From positions 1 to 41,434 of IMG/VR virus record IMGVR_UViG_3300025018_000049: a DNA stretch of 41,434 nucleotides, one strand, 5' to 3'. Made by a program: the position numbers and the translations under genes. Under the pieces are notes generated by a model. It was not told where the DNA came from. It did not search any database and worked only from the letters and a program-made list of their open reading frames with translations. Of the stretch, positions 8,254 through 16,790 are shown piece by piece. Origin of the DNA: a virus (taxonomy: Duplodnaviria > Caudoviricetes). Within the stretch, counting starts at the first letter, position 1; every line of letters starts with the position of its first letter.

Positions 8254-8435
8254 AATACTATACAGCGACAAGCCTGGCCAGGGCCGGTATTATACCAGTC
8301 AGCCAACGAAGCACCATAGTTCAGATGATAAAGCGCGGAGATCTCCGGGCGCATGCTTCTAATGGTAATGGCCGGGGTGTTCGATATACAATATCTAAAG
8401 AATCGGTGGAGGAATATCTAAAGAAGATTAACTAG
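8250..8435 (+). CDS. Excisionase/MerR-like HTH DNA-binding protein
   Basis: KYYTATSLA...TIVQMIKRGDLRA...YTISKESVEEYL. Confidence 0.7.
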   Translation: MKYYTATSLARAGIIPVSQRSTIVQMIKRGDLRAHASNGNGRGVRYTISKESVEEYLKKIN

Positions 8436-8446
8436 AGGACAACCTT

Positions 8447-8599
8447 GTGTGCGGGCCTGATGAAGATGAGATAGTCGAAGTGAGACAATGCCCCAGATGC
8501 GGAAACTGGTCGCTAGTGCCTTTGAAGAAAATTAAAAACAAGATTGAACACTATTGTCCTTATTGTTGTTATGACATAATTGAACATGACGGAGAGTAA
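8447..8599 (+). CDS. Small zinc-ribbon protein (50 aa)
   Basis: CPRCG...CPYC; SD GAGGA; GTG start. Confidence 0.45.
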   Translation: MCGPDEDEIVEVRQCPRCGNWSLVPLKKIKNKIEHYCPYCCYDIIEHDGE

Positions 8600-8600
8600 A

Positions 8601-8644
8601 AGAAAACAAAAGTGTTGACAAGTGGATAGCCTATGTGTTATCCT
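8601..8644 (+). promoter_or_regulatory. Sigma70 promoter, repeated-motif copy 3
   Basis: TTGACA 8615; TGnTATCCT; 25 bp identical to 6107-6131. Confidence 0.65.
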
Positions 8645-8681
8645 TGTTTTAGTATTAAGTAAAAAGAAAGGGAAGTGAAAA

Positions 8682-8993
8682 ATGACTCAGGAAGAATCAT
8701 TAAAAAAACTACTAGAAGGAGATGCTCCAAGCAATAAGCTGGTGTTTCTCTATAATTGGCTGGAGGACATCAACTGGCATCCGGAGGCCCGGATACTTTC
8801 GGAGTTGATCGAGGATGGTGTTTATGATGAATTGGATACACCATTTATGGGAGGTAAGGTCAGCGCGTTTAGTCACATATTCGGATGGGGCCTGAATACT
8901 AAGGAGTGGAACTACACCTCCGGCGTAAACTTTGTTTTAGAACTGCTAGAAACAGTTGATCTGAAACATATGGGAGTGAGGGTGGCAAGATGA
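8682..8993 (+). CDS. Hypothetical protein
   Basis: ORF with SD after the promoter. Confidence 0.6.
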   Translation: MTQEESLKKLLEGDAPSNKLVFLYNWLEDINWHPEARILSELIEDGVYDELDTPFMGGKVSAFSHIFGWGLNTKEWNYTSGVNFVLELLETVDLKHMGVRVAR

Positions 8994-9113
8994 AACATTA
9001 TATCGTCAAAGAAGAAGTAGAAGAATTTAAACCAAGAACGGAGCAAGAATGGCTGGAGTTTCTATATCATGGTTTACCAGAGATTGCAGAGAACCAGTTG
9101 AAGGAGAAAAAAA

Positions 9114-9548
9114 ATGAATAACACTGTTTATAAAAACTCCGATCCCCTATCCGACATCATCAGTTTCCATATCTACACCAAGAATAATTTCATAAAGTAT
9201 GTGGGAACTTTCAACAAAAAGGACAAGGTGTTCCGGAAGGACATAAACGAATCTCACAAGTTTCACAAAGCCGATAGTTTCGGCATTGATGCAGGGATAA
9301 TAGATCACCTAGATAAGTTGGATTGTATAAAGATAATACTCAAAAATACAACCAACGGAGACTACTATTCTATCCCCTATGAGCGGTTTCTAACTAAGGG
9401 GTGGGTGTATCCCCGGACTATAAATACGAAGGTTCAAGGAGAGTTTCAGCCATCATTCATCGCCAGCAGGAAGTGGTGGAGGATCAGAAATAGAATTGGA
9501 GATATAATACAAGAACCGCTGGAGGAAGGAGAACAAGATGAGCAATAA
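9114..9548 (+). CDS. Hypothetical protein
   Basis: SD AAGGAG; 144 aa. Confidence 0.6.
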   Translation: MNNTVYKNSDPLSDIISFHIYTKNNFIKYVGTFNKKDKVFRKDINESHKFHKADSFGIDAGIIDHLDKLDCIKIILKNTTNGDYYSIPYERFLTKGWVYPRTINTKVQGEFQPSFIASRKWWRIRNRIGDIIQEPLEEGEQDEQ

Positions 9549-9709
9549 ATTGTATCAAGGATACCATTGGGCCGAAGAAGAAAAAAGAGTTGATCGCTGG
9601 AATGTGATGATCGGCGCGCTCTTGGCCCTGGCATTGATCGGTTTCATGACTACGTTATGGATCGTGTCACTAGCAATTATTAAAATGTTAACAATCTAAA
9701 GGAGAAAAG

Positions 9710-10318
9710 ATGGAAACAACAAAAAAGAAAAATCTCTACCAGAAGATCCTGGAAGTTCAAACGGATCTGAAAGTAGAAAAAGGACAACTCAACAAGTTTG
9801 GTGGTTACTACTACCGATCATGTGAGGACATCCTGGAGGCAGTCAAACCGCTACTAAAGAAGGCGGGACTGATCATGACAATGGAGGATGAGATCGTGAA
9901 TATCGGAGATCGCTTTTATGTCAAAGCAAAGGTGATCGTCAACGATGGTGAGCAACTGATCGAAGCAGCGGCCTATGCCCGCGAAGAAGAAACAAAGAAG
10001 GGCATGGATGGATCTCAGATTACCGGGAGTGCTTCTAGTTATGCTAGAAAATATGCCCTGGCTGGTTTGTGGCTTGTCGATGATGGCAAGGATAGTGATT
10101 CTGACGATAATACAGCCCCCAGGACAGCCGTAAAACAAAAAGTAGTAGCAACGCCCACGCCAGAAAAAAACGAGGCTTCAGTGGCCCCAGAACAGTGGGA
10201 ATGTGAAGGTTGCGGGACTCCCATAAAACAAGCGGTGCATACTTTCTCAACCCACAACTTCGGGCGTGATTTGTGTTTTAGTTGCCAGGGTAAGGAAAAT
10301 GACAAAGGAGACGCGTAA
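9710..10318 (+). CDS. ERF-family ssDNA annealing protein with C-terminal zinc finger
   Basis: NKFGGYYYRSCEDILEAVKP, QITGSASSYARKYALAGL, DDGKDSD; CEGC...LCFSCQ. Confidence 0.9.
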   Translation: METTKKKNLYQKILEVQTDLKVEKGQLNKFGGYYYRSCEDILEAVKPLLKKAGLIMTMEDEIVNIGDRFYVKAKVIVNDGEQLIEAAAYAREEETKKGMDGSQITGSASSYARKYALAGLWLVDDGKDSDSDDNTAPRTAVKQKVVATPTPEKNEASVAPEQWECEGCGTPIKQAVHTFSTHNFGRDLCFSCQGKENDKGDA

Positions 10319-10803
10319 TGAGAATCTGGGTTGTAACGGACACCCATTTTCTCGATAAGAACTTAATCGGGAAGGGATACCGGCCGAAACACTACCAGAG
10401 CCGGATCCTCCTCCATTGGCGCGAGAAGGTGAGGCCGGAGGATATGATCATTCACTTGGGAGACTTCAGCATGGGGCCTAGTGATGAAACAAAAGAGATC
10501 TTGGGGGTTCTACCGGGCCGGATGGTGATCACTATTGGCAATCATGACCGATCGGCCCACTGGTTTATGGAAGCCAAAAAGGACATGTTCGCCTGTAAGA
10601 CCTTCACCTATAAGGGTGTTTTATTCTCACATCATCCCGCCCTAGAGTTACCAGAGAGGTGCTACCTGAACATTCATGGCCATACTCATGGAAACGGCCA
10701 TCGAGAGTATAACAAACAGCCCTGGCACTACGAACTGGCCTTAGAGAATACCGGATATGCGCCGGTGCTACTAAAAACAACATTAAAGGAGAAAACAAGA
10801 TGA
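10318..10803 (+). CDS. Calcineurin-like metallophosphoesterase
   Basis: TDTHF, HLGDF, GNHD, SHHP, HGHTH. Confidence 0.9.
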   Translation: MRIWVVTDTHFLDKNLIGKGYRPKHYQSRILLHWREKVRPEDMIIHLGDFSMGPSDETKEILGVLPGRMVITIGNHDRSAHWFMEAKKDMFACKTFTYKGVLFSHHPALELPERCYLNIHGHTHGNGHREYNKQPWHYELALENTGYAPVLLKTTLKEKTR

Positions 10804-11057
10804 CAAGCGAACAATGTTTTGGAAACGCCAGAGATGATAGCCTAGACTTCGATCCCAACTGGACAAGTTGTTGGGTAGAAAAGGATGAGTGTATCTGTTT
10901 TCACCCTACCCAGGGACATGAGAATGGCCCAACGGATGCAGTGAAAGAAGTTTTAATAGCGCCCACTTCCCTACCCCAGACTGGAGGAGGCGGGATCCTG
11001 TCTGTGGTGATCTTTGTGGCCCTGATGTATGTCCTGATAAGGGCATTAAGAAAATGA
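10800..11057 (+). CDS. Small protein with LPxTG-like sorting signal
   Basis: LPQTG + TM helix + basic tail RALRK. Confidence 0.6.
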   Translation: MTSEQCFGNARDDSLDFDPNWTSCWVEKDECICFHPTQGHENGPTDAVKEVLIAPTSLPQTGGGGILSVVIFVALMYVLIRALRK

Positions 11058-11178
11058 TTGACGGAAATTCTGGTAATGGTAAAATAGGGATGTTGGATTG
11101 CGCCAACTCCCAAGAGAATGACATACACTCTCCCCCAGGCGCGCAATCACCTGGGGGTTTTGTATGTAAAGGAGATCT

Positions 11179-11643
11179 ATGAACGGATGGATATTGATAT
11201 ACAAAAAAATATGGGAAAATAGAAGGTTTTATCGAAGGCCGACAACTCTGGCTGTTTGGATCTGGCTATTAACACATACTAACGACAAGGGGGTTGTTCT
11301 TTGTGGAACCCTACAAATAGGGGAAGCATTAAACATAAGCAGAAGCACTATCCGGGACATTATAAAACGACTTTCACAAAAAGAAGGCGAAGATGACAAA
11401 CTTATCGCCATCAAAACCACCAACAAATTCAGTATAATTACAATCTTAAATTGGGAGAAATACCAGAAGCCATACGCCAACAAATCCGACAACCAAGCGA
11501 CAACCAAGCGACAACCAATAGCCACTAATAATAAAGAAAGAATAAAGAATAAAGAAATAAAGAAGGGGACGGTCTCTAAAGAGACTGTGGATAAAATTAA
11601 GAAAGAGTTAGCTGAGAAGCTATCATGGAGAGGAAGTTTATGA
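11179..11643 (+). CDS. Phage replication initiator (replisome organiser, winged HTH)
   Basis: GWILIYKKIWE...WIWLL...TNKFSIITILNWEKYQ; internal iterons. Confidence 0.8.
   Translation: MNGWILIYKKIWENRRFYRRPTTLAVWIWLLTHTNDKGVVLCGTLQIGEALNISRSTIRDIIKRLSQKEGEDDKLIAIKTTNKFSIITILNWEKYQKPYANKSDNQATTKRQPIATNNKERIKNKEIKKGTVSKETVDKIKKELAEKLSWRGSL
11487..11594 (+). other. Putative replication origin
   Basis: 3x tandem 11-bp CGACAACCAA(G/T) at 11487-11519; A-rich tract; perfect DnaA box TGTGGATAA at 11586-11594. Confidence 0.7.
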
Positions 11644-11742
11644 AAACATTTTTAACCTATACCGGGATCTTTACCTTCACCCTGGTAGTTTTCTACTATG
11701 GCCAGTATCTTATTAAAGTAATTTTACCCTAAGGAGGACTTT

Positions 11743-12162
11743 ATGACACCAAAAAAACACATTTGCAGATTCAATGATGGAGACCAAGTTTGTGATTGCT
11801 ATGATGAGGGCTTTGCAAGGGGACAGAAGTCTGCACCCAAAAAAGGTGAATCTTACCGTCTCGGCTATCAGCAAGGAGTAAAGGAAGGAAGGGCTGAGAT
11901 GTTAGAGGGTCACACATTTAAGCCAAAGATGCACAATAAACTATTTCTTGTTCAGATAACAAACCCACAAAGTCCTCGATATGGAACATACAAAGGTAGT
12001 TGGTCGCTTGGGAAAAGAAAGGTTCATTATTCACTAGACGGGAAGAAGTCTCTTTGTAACCAAATTGTTGCAGGGAAGATTGAAGACAATTACGGACACT
12101 ACGAAAACTATGGAGTATGTAAAATTTGTGAAGGCAAGTCCCTCAAGGAGGAAAACAAATGA
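11743..12162 (+). CDS. Hypothetical protein
   Basis: SD AAGGAGG; contains the GYQQGVKEG repeat. Confidence 0.6.
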   Translation: MTPKKHICRFNDGDQVCDCYDEGFARGQKSAPKKGESYRLGYQQGVKEGRAEMLEGHTFKPKMHNKLFLVQITNPQSPRYGTYKGSWSLGKRKVHYSLDGKKSLCNQIVAGKIEDNYGHYENYGVCKICEGKSLKEENK

Positions 12163-12240
12163 CACCAGAAGAAGATAAAATACTAGAAAAGTATATAGAA
12201 GCATTTAATCTCGGCTATCAGCAAGGAGTAAAGGAAGGAA
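11859..12240 (+). repeat. 32-bp exact direct repeat (11859-11890 and 12209-12240)
   Basis: TCTCGGCTATCAGCAAGGAGTAAAGGAAGGAA; encodes LGYQQGVKEG in two adjacent ORFs. Confidence 0.9.
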
Positions 12241-12248
12241 AACAATAC

Positions 12249-12579
12249 AAAATAACCGCCCCAAATAATAACAAAAAGGAGATAAAAATGAACGGACAAC
12301 AACAGTCATTGACCTTTAAAGAAAAGGTTGACTATATTAGAAGAAATATTAAAGACATCGCACAGTATTTAGACCTTGAAAAAAAACGACACCAGAATGA
12401 GGAAACTAACGGAGTTGAGAATGTAGGTGAGGTGATGGCTAATTTAACACTAGCTTATCGTCACTTGGAAGATGCTTCAATGAGAATGGGTAAAGTATTA
12501 CAGGCTTATGATGGAGGAATCTCAGTTTACGATAAAGAAACAACAGTAGGAAGTTAAGAATAATCGGGGCGGTTATTTT
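12249..12579. repeat. 14-bp perfect inverted repeat flanking a gene cassette
   Basis: AAAATAACCGCCCC 12249-12262 / GGGGCGGTTATTTT 12566-12579. Confidence 0.85.
12288..12557 (+). CDS. Small helical protein, possible Acb2/Tad1-like sponge (also in frame with ATG 12159)
   Basis: Own SD AAAAGGAG; C-terminal LTLAYRHLEDASMRMGKV helix. Confidence 0.55.
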   Translation: MNGQQQSLTFKEKVDYIRRNIKDIAQYLDLEKKRHQNEETNGVENVGEVMANLTLAYRHLEDASMRMGKVLQAYDGGISVYDKETTVGS

Positions 12580-12768
12580 AAAATAAACTGGAGGAAGACA
12601 AATGAGCAAAGAACCATCCGTAGAGACAAAGTGCCAGAGAATGGGTGATGGTATGAAAAACAGTAGTGGTGGGACTACCTGCAACCTGTATACACCATTT
12701 TTAAGTGACGGGACTAATTGTAATGTATATCAAAATATGTGGTCAAAAAAAAGGAGGAAAACAAATAA

Positions 12769-12981
12769 ATGAAAATCTCATATAACAGATATGACGAAGA
12801 CGGATATACGACCATCTGGTCAAATAAGAAAAAGGGTAGACCAAGAGTGGCGGTAACCAAAGACAAAGACACAGGCGACTTATATGCTGGGTTTGAGGGA
12901 TTTATACCGAAGGAAAACTCGCTAAGAGAAATTCTGGCAAACACATCCCGCGTATTCAAAGAAGAAGTGGGGAGAGAATGA
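12769..12981 (+). CDS. Hypothetical protein
   Basis: SD AGGAGG upstream. Confidence 0.5.
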   Translation: MKISYNRYDEDGYTTIWSNKKKGRPRVAVTKDKDTGDLYAGFEGFIPKENSLREILANTSRVFKEEVGRE

Positions 12982-13149
12982 AAACATTACACGCTATAAG
13001 GAATTGGTTCTGGGCCGTAATATGTTTTGTGATCCTGATCACTGTCGATATTTACACCAATGGATCCGGGTGGGCGCTGCTTGTAGTGGGGCTTTTTCTG
13101 GCCCTGATCACTGTTTTATTCATGATTTTTGGGGATTTAAAGAAAACTT

Positions 13150-13180
13150 TTGACTGACCATAAACCGCCAGTGGTATAAT
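13150..13180 (+). promoter_or_regulatory. Promoter (extended -10) for the sugar-nucleotide genes
   Basis: TTGACT...TGGTATAAT. Confidence 0.6.
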
Positions 13181-13203
13181 GTAAACACTTAGAGGAGACA
13201 AAG

Positions 13204-14013
13204 GTGATTAAGTCCGCAGCCATAATTGGAATGGGCGTGTTAGGGTCAAACCTATTTGACTACCTGACCTTCAGATTTGACGAAGTGTGCGGTTATGATA
13301 TAGACGAGAAAAAGAGAGTTGATGAATGGGATAAGATCGAACAATGCGATCTTATTTTTGTTTGTGTCTCTACTCCCTACTCTACCGAGGGCTTTGATCT
13401 ATCCAATGTCGAGGAAGTGATTGATAAGCTTAAAGCTCCAAAGATCATTGTGATCCGCTCAACGGTGATCCCCGGATCAACCGAGTATCTCCAAGCCAAG
13501 TATCCTAGACATAAGATCCTATTCTCACCAGAGTTCTTGCGCGAAAACACTGCCTGGGAGGACATCTTGCACCCTAACACCTCAATAGTTGGCTATACCC
13601 AGTCCAGTAAATGCTTTGCGCCCCTAGTCATGCACATTTTACCCAAAGGTAAAACACAAGGGATGATCCCGGCCACTGATGCGGAGATGATAAAATATGC
13701 CCGCAACACCTACCTGGCCATGAAAGTAGTATTTGCTAACCAGCTTTATGATCTATGCAATATACGTGGTGTAGATTATGCGGTAGTAAGAGATGGCCTG
13801 GGGGCTGATCCCAGGATAGGCAAGTCTCACCTAGACGTTTGGCATGAGGGCGGAAGGGGAGCCGGCGGAGTTTGTTTCCCCAAAGATCTAGCCGCTTTTG
13901 ATGACTATGCTGGAAGTGATGCCGTCTTATTTGGGATGATCCGAAAGATAAACGACATGTATTTGGACATGACCAATAAGACCAGGGGCCGACAATACGA
14001 GGTGAAGAAGTGA
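13204..14013 (+). CDS. UDP-glucose/GDP-mannose 6-dehydrogenase family (lacks the C-terminal UDP-binding domain)
   Basis: IIGMGVLG, CVSTP, RSTVIPG, SPEFLRE, AEMIKYARN, GGVCFPKD. Confidence 0.9.
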   Translation: MIKSAAIIGMGVLGSNLFDYLTFRFDEVCGYDIDEKKRVDEWDKIEQCDLIFVCVSTPYSTEGFDLSNVEEVIDKLKAPKIIVIRSTVIPGSTEYLQAKYPRHKILFSPEFLRENTAWEDILHPNTSIVGYTQSSKCFAPLVMHILPKGKTQGMIPATDAEMIKYARNTYLAMKVVFANQLYDLCNIRGVDYAVVRDGLGADPRIGKSHLDVWHEGGRGAGGVCFPKDLAAFDDYAGSDAVLFGMIRKINDMYLDMTNKTRGRQYEVKK

Positions 14014-14171
14014 AGGGGCGTCTCAACGGTTTCCCCAGGAAAAAGATATGTATCGACTGTGGTGTCGAGTTTTTGGCTAGTAACCCCATAAACAATAGGG
14101 GTGGAACTGAGTTTATCGATAATATTCAACCATTATGTATAAGTTGTAACGCAAGCAAAGGAGCAAGATGA
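14010..14171 (+). pseudogene. Internally deleted HNH endonuclease remnant (53 aa)
   Basis: CIDCG directly joined to GGTEFIDNIQPLCISCNASKG; the DH catalytic segment is missing. Confidence 0.6.
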
Positions 14172-14572
14172 TGCAAAAAATTGGGTTTGTGGCAGGAAGC
14201 TTCGACCTTTACCACGCGGGCCATGCCGCCATGTTTCGAGAGTGCTGGGAAAACTGTGACTACCTAATTGTTGGCTTACAGGTTGATCCCAGTGTTGATC
14301 GCTCCGGGAAGAATAAGCCCATCGAATCAATGTTTGAGCGCTACCTAAAACTAGCCAGCGTGAAATACATCGATGAGATAATCCCCTATGATACCGAGGA
14401 TGATCTACTAAAGATTTTAAATACTCAAAAGATAGACGTGAGATTTATAGGAGAGGATCACAAAGACAAACCATTTACCGGCGACTACTTGCCAATGGAA
14501 ATATTTTGGAACAAGAGAACTCATGGGATGTCTACCACTAAAATCAGGAAAAGAATCAGTGGAGCAAAGTAA
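14168..14572 (+). CDS. Cytidylyltransferase (TagD/glycerol-3-phosphate CT-like)
   Basis: GSFDLYHAGH, RSGKNKP, MSTTKIR. Confidence 0.9.
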   Translation: MMQKIGFVAGSFDLYHAGHAAMFRECWENCDYLIVGLQVDPSVDRSGKNKPIESMFERYLKLASVKYIDEIIPYDTEDDLLKILNTQKIDVRFIGEDHKDKPFTGDYLPMEIFWNKRTHGMSTTKIRKRISGAK

Positions 14573-14834
14573 CTGTTTCTTAGACCATGACTGGGTGGAA
14601 TATGCCAGGGATGAGGACATGGTTTTTAAGGCATGTAGCAAGTGCGGCCAGAAAACAGATCTAAAGATTTACAAGGGATCAACCAAACTTTTGCAGTATA
14701 TGTCCGGTGGAAATTTAGCAAGGGTTCCGGGATACTCAGAGCCAGGATACAACGAAGGTTTGGGCCAAGTAGTAACCGACAAAAAAGACTATTACGATAA
14801 AGCCTCAAAGATAGGAGCAACACCAATAGAATGA
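14559..14834 (+). CDS. Small zinc-ribbon protein (FmdB-like)
   Basis: CFLDHDW...CSKCG...YNEGLGQVV. Confidence 0.5.
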   Translation: MEQSNCFLDHDWVEYARDEDMVFKACSKCGQKTDLKIYKGSTKLLQYMSGGNLARVPGYSEPGYNEGLGQVVTDKKDYYDKASKIGATPIE

Positions 14835-14998
14835 GAATTATACTTTACGAAGATAAGATGGATTTTAAAAGCAAACGAGTGTTTTTAAAGAAGGGAATTT
14901 ACAAAGTTATCCGCGAAGTTCCGAGGCTTGGATTTTTAGTAAAAGCGGGATCAGTGATGGCGATAATCGGCTATGGAAAAGGTGTAGAAACAGACTGA
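14831..14998 (+). CDS. Hypothetical protein (55 aa)
   Basis: ATGA overlap; open frame. Confidence 0.4.
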   Translation: MRIILYEDKMDFKSKRVFLKKGIYKVIREVPRLGFLVKAGSVMAIIGYGKGVETD

Positions 14999-15169
14999 AA
15001 ACTTGACACGCTGAAGCGGGGGAGTGTCATAATATAGTTTCCCTACGCCAAGCCAAAAAACAAGGGGTCTCCCCTCCCCTACCGAAAGAATTTTGAAAAT
15101 TTAAGAACGAATTAAAAAATATAGAGAAACCCCAAGAGAGTAGGGAAGTGGTAACAAAAGAGAAACAAT

Positions 15170-15334
15170 ATGATAACTTTTTTAGCAGAAATTAAGAGAA
15201 CATCACAAACAAAAAAAGCATCTTTGGATAATGAATTTCAAGTAGTTTTGGTGACCGACAATCCCATGATTTTAGATCTTGGAAAATTGCCTCCGGAAAC
15301 ATTGGTAAAAGTAACAGTGGAGTTAGAAAAATGA
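15170..15334 (+). CDS. Hypothetical protein (54 aa)
   Basis: MITFLAEIKRTSQ...; ATGA overlap with the epimerase. Confidence 0.5.
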   Translation: MITFLAEIKRTSQTKKASLDNEFQVVLVTDNPMILDLGKLPPETLVKVTVELEK

Positions 15335-16218
15335 AAAACAAAAAGAAAGTTTTGGTCACCGGGGCCGCCGGATTTATTGGAAGCAACCTCATCGAGAAGT
15401 TACTTCCCCACTACAATGTTTTTGGGATAGACAACTACTCCTCCGGATGTAACGAGGTAGACTGCGAAGTATACCCGGTCGATATTTTAGATGATAGAGT
15501 AGAAGGAATATTTCATGTCGAGGAGCCAGAGATAGTTATTCACCTGGCAGCAAAGGCGCGGATCCAACCATCTATAATGGATCCCCTATTTTACAATGAA
15601 ACAAATGTCTATGGCACTGCAAGACTGCTAGAACTATCCAGAAAATATGGAGTAAAGAAGTTTATCAATATCTCATCCTCCTCAGTCTACGGAGACAATG
15701 AGACACCCTTCAAAGAATCAATGAGAGCCAAACCCCTCAACCCCTATGCGGCCTCAAAGTATATGGCAGAAGTCTGGGCCAAGATGTATTATAAAACCTA
15801 CGGGCTAGAAACTATCTCCTTAAGACTATTTAATGTCTATGGCAAGAATATGACCGGCGGACAATATCAGCTGGTGATGACCGCATTTAAAGAACAACTA
15901 GAAAAGCACCGGCCATTTAATATCACCGGAGATGGAGAGCAGAAAAGGGACTTCACCCATGTCGATGATATATGCGCCGGGATAATAGCAGTGATGGAGA
16001 AGGAGGGAGATCTGGGAGGCAAAGTATTCAACCTGGGAGCAGGGGACTCAAGATCAGTGAATGAGATAGCGCGACTCATGGCTGGTGGCCCTTACCCCCA
16101 TAAAAGGATTGAGCGAGAAGGGGAGATGCGAGAAACCCTGGCCAGTATCAATAAAGCAAAGTATGTTCTAGGATGGGAACCGAAGATTAAACTAGAGAAG
16201 GGGATCAAGGATGTCTAA
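15331..16218 (+). CDS. NAD-dependent epimerase/dehydratase (UDP-Glc/GlcNAc 4-epimerase-like SDR)
   Basis: TGAAGFIG, HLAA, SSSSVYG, YAASK, RDFTHVDD. Confidence 0.92.
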   Translation: MKNKKKVLVTGAAGFIGSNLIEKLLPHYNVFGIDNYSSGCNEVDCEVYPVDILDDRVEGIFHVEEPEIVIHLAAKARIQPSIMDPLFYNETNVYGTARLLELSRKYGVKKFINISSSSVYGDNETPFKESMRAKPLNPYAASKYMAEVWAKMYYKTYGLETISLRLFNVYGKNMTGGQYQLVMTAFKEQLEKHRPFNITGDGEQKRDFTHVDDICAGIIAVMEKEGDLGGKVFNLGAGDSRSVNEIARLMAGGPYPHKRIEREGEMRETLASINKAKYVLGWEPKIKLEKGIKDV

Positions 16219-16405
16219 AAAAGAATTTACGTTTTACATAAGCATAAGATTTGAAAAGAATGGATATGTTGGTAAATATATTGGAGATGTTCATGGATAC
16301 CATGACGAGGATGGGAATAGGTTAGACGCATGTAAAATGCCATCAACGGTGGCGTTATTATCAGAAACATTGGCTGCATATACAAGAGGTGATCGCATTG
16401 AGTAA
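16211..16405 (+). CDS. Hypothetical protein
   Basis: Overlaps both neighbours in operon style. Confidence 0.45.
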   Translation: MSKKEFTFYISIRFEKNGYVGKYIGDVHGYHDEDGNRLDACKMPSTVALLSETLAAYTRGDRIE

Positions 16406-16790
16406 AGAGATACAAAAGAAGGTAAGACCACTAACTCTCAAGCAAACCAAATGGCTTAAGTTATATTTGGAAAGCGGTAATGCTACTCTTTCGGCTATGG
16501 AGTGCTATAATACCAAAGACTATTTTACGGCTTCACAAATAGGTCATGATAACCTTAAAAAAGCTAATATCAAAGCAACAATGGATGTTTATTTTGATAA
16601 GTATAACCTCACCCCGGATAGGATGGCGAAAGAACTGGATCGAAACTTACAAGAGAGAAACTGGAAGTCCAGGGATTCAGCAATCGATAAGGTTCTAAAG
16701 TTGAAAGGCGCATACCCCAAAGAATCTAAAGAGTCAGTCAACAACAACATTTTTATTGCAGTCAACGAAGATCACGAAAGGTTTAAATGA
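16398..16790 (+). CDS. terS: Terminase small subunit
   Basis: LTLKQ...YLESGNATLSA...ASQIGHDNLKK; SD GAGGTGA before TTG. Confidence 0.8.
   Translation: MSKEIQKKVRPLTLKQTKWLKLYLESGNATLSAMECYNTKDYFTASQIGHDNLKKANIKATMDVYFDKYNLTPDRMAKELDRNLQERNWKSRDSAIDKVLKLKGAYPKESKESVNNNIFIAVNEDHERFK

Noticed and set aside
8250-8435. Lysogeny module implied by the excisionase-like HTH
   Set aside because: No integrase, repressor or att site was recognised anywhere in the genome
11859-12240. Diversity-generating retroelement TR/VR pair
   Set aside because: The repeat is short and exact with no adenine-specific mismatches, and no reverse transcriptase is present
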